Shown here: in pieces, positions 63,438 to 64,000 of the stretch | Layout of the letters: each line of letters starts with the position of its first letter | Position numbering within the stretch: position 1 is the stretch's first letter | Virus record (IMG/VR): IMGVR_UViG_3300031994_000033 | Location: 67,627 to 131,626 of that record | Reading direction: 5' to 3' (one strand) | Origin: a virus | Taxonomy: Duplodnaviria; Caudoviricetes | Length of the DNA: 64,000 nucleotides | Position numbers and translations under genes: made by a program | The notes under the pieces: model-generated | What the model saw: the letters and a program-made list of their open reading frames with translations, nothing else | The model's database searches: none | What the model was told of the DNA's origin: nothing

Positions 63438-64000
63438 TGGAAAAATATGACGTGATTCCTGATCCGGATGATATGCCGGACCGTGGCAACTATCCGAAGA
63501 TCGGAAACAGCGACTACCGCTTCAACCTGTGGTACAAGTTCCCCAAGTTGATCAAAAAGGAGAAAGCGGATGATGGCTTTTATCGAAACCTAGACAACTA
63601 TCACGGAGAACACAACTTCGTATCGGATGATCTCATCGACTACATGAGAGAATCCATGTCGGGCATCAAGCTCATCGAAGACTTCGACAAGAATGATGAC
63701 TACTGGTCTTCTGACCCGAACGACAAGACCAGGTACGTGTACCGAGTTGCAGCCTTCATTCCCGAACGTGAATGTGGAATGGACTCAGTCTACGCTCAAG
63801 AGAACATGAAGTCTTTCGACGAGATCGACTATCAGAAGTCTGGCGAATGGATCGCTAAGATGCTCGAGAAGCTCGGTGCAGTGCTCGACGTCGACAAGTG
63901 CATCGAACGCATCAAGAGTCAGCAGGCGGAAGCTAAGGCTCTGATCGACTCGAACGAAGAGCTGTTCGCTATCGTGGGCGAAGCTAACGAGAAGCTCGAA
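63437..64000 (+). CDS. Hypothetical protein, truncated by the window end
   Basis: TAATG start MEKYDVIPDPDD..., open to the end of the window. Confidence 0.7.
   Translation, partial: MEKYDVIPDPDDMPDRGNYPKIGNSDYRFNLWYKFPKLIKKEKADDGFYRNLDNYHGEHNFVSDDLIDYMRESMSGIKLIEDFDKNDDYWSSDPNDKTRYVYRVAAFIPERECGMDSVYAQENMKSFDEIDYQKSGEWIAKMLEKLGAVLDVDKCIERIKSQQAEAKALIDSNEELFAIVGEANEKLE

Noticed and set aside
1-64000. tRNA, rRNA genes, integrase, transposase
   Set aside because: None recognised by eye; intergenic spaces are short. tRNAscan-SE/Infernal would be needed to exclude them formally

Overview
A 64-kb segment of a large T4-like (myovirus/jumbo-type) phage genome. The host is probably Fibrobacter or a similar rumen/gut bacterium; this is inferred from two Fib_succ_major-like proteins. 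T4-type morphogenesis genes are scattered: terminase C-half, gp14 neck, gp21 prohead protease, a possible baseplate hub, and two convergent tail-fibre modules. The window also carries nucleotide metabolism genes (dUTPase, ThyX, dCMP deaminase, two divergent thymidylate-synthase-fold paralogs), a DinG-like helicase, RNase H/5'-3' exonuclease, a RuvC-like resolvase, a sigma70-type factor, an endolysin-patatin cluster and an RNA-repair cluster. Two promoter classes are visible: TTTA(C/G)A-N16-18-TATATT (sigma70-like) and TATAAATA (T4 late-like). Most notable observations: (1) an atypically split intein fused to the terminase nuclease half, with no N-half in the window; (2) a tandem array of 7-8 diverged small paralogs plus a membrane-anchored protein, all sharing an R/K-V/I-x-x-I/V-R/K-x-YF-x-x-R/K helix; (3) two DUF4160-like proteins with T4-type capsid-targeting leaders; (4) a short structured RNA ahead of a DUF2828/TROVE-like gene; (5) an endonuclease cassette that appears to have brought in a replacement 3' end for an SPFH gene; (6) a direct-repeat-flanked adenine methyltransferase cassette; (7) a repeat-rich non-coding putative origin at about 14 kb. 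Family calls come from motif recognition by eye; no database searches were run.
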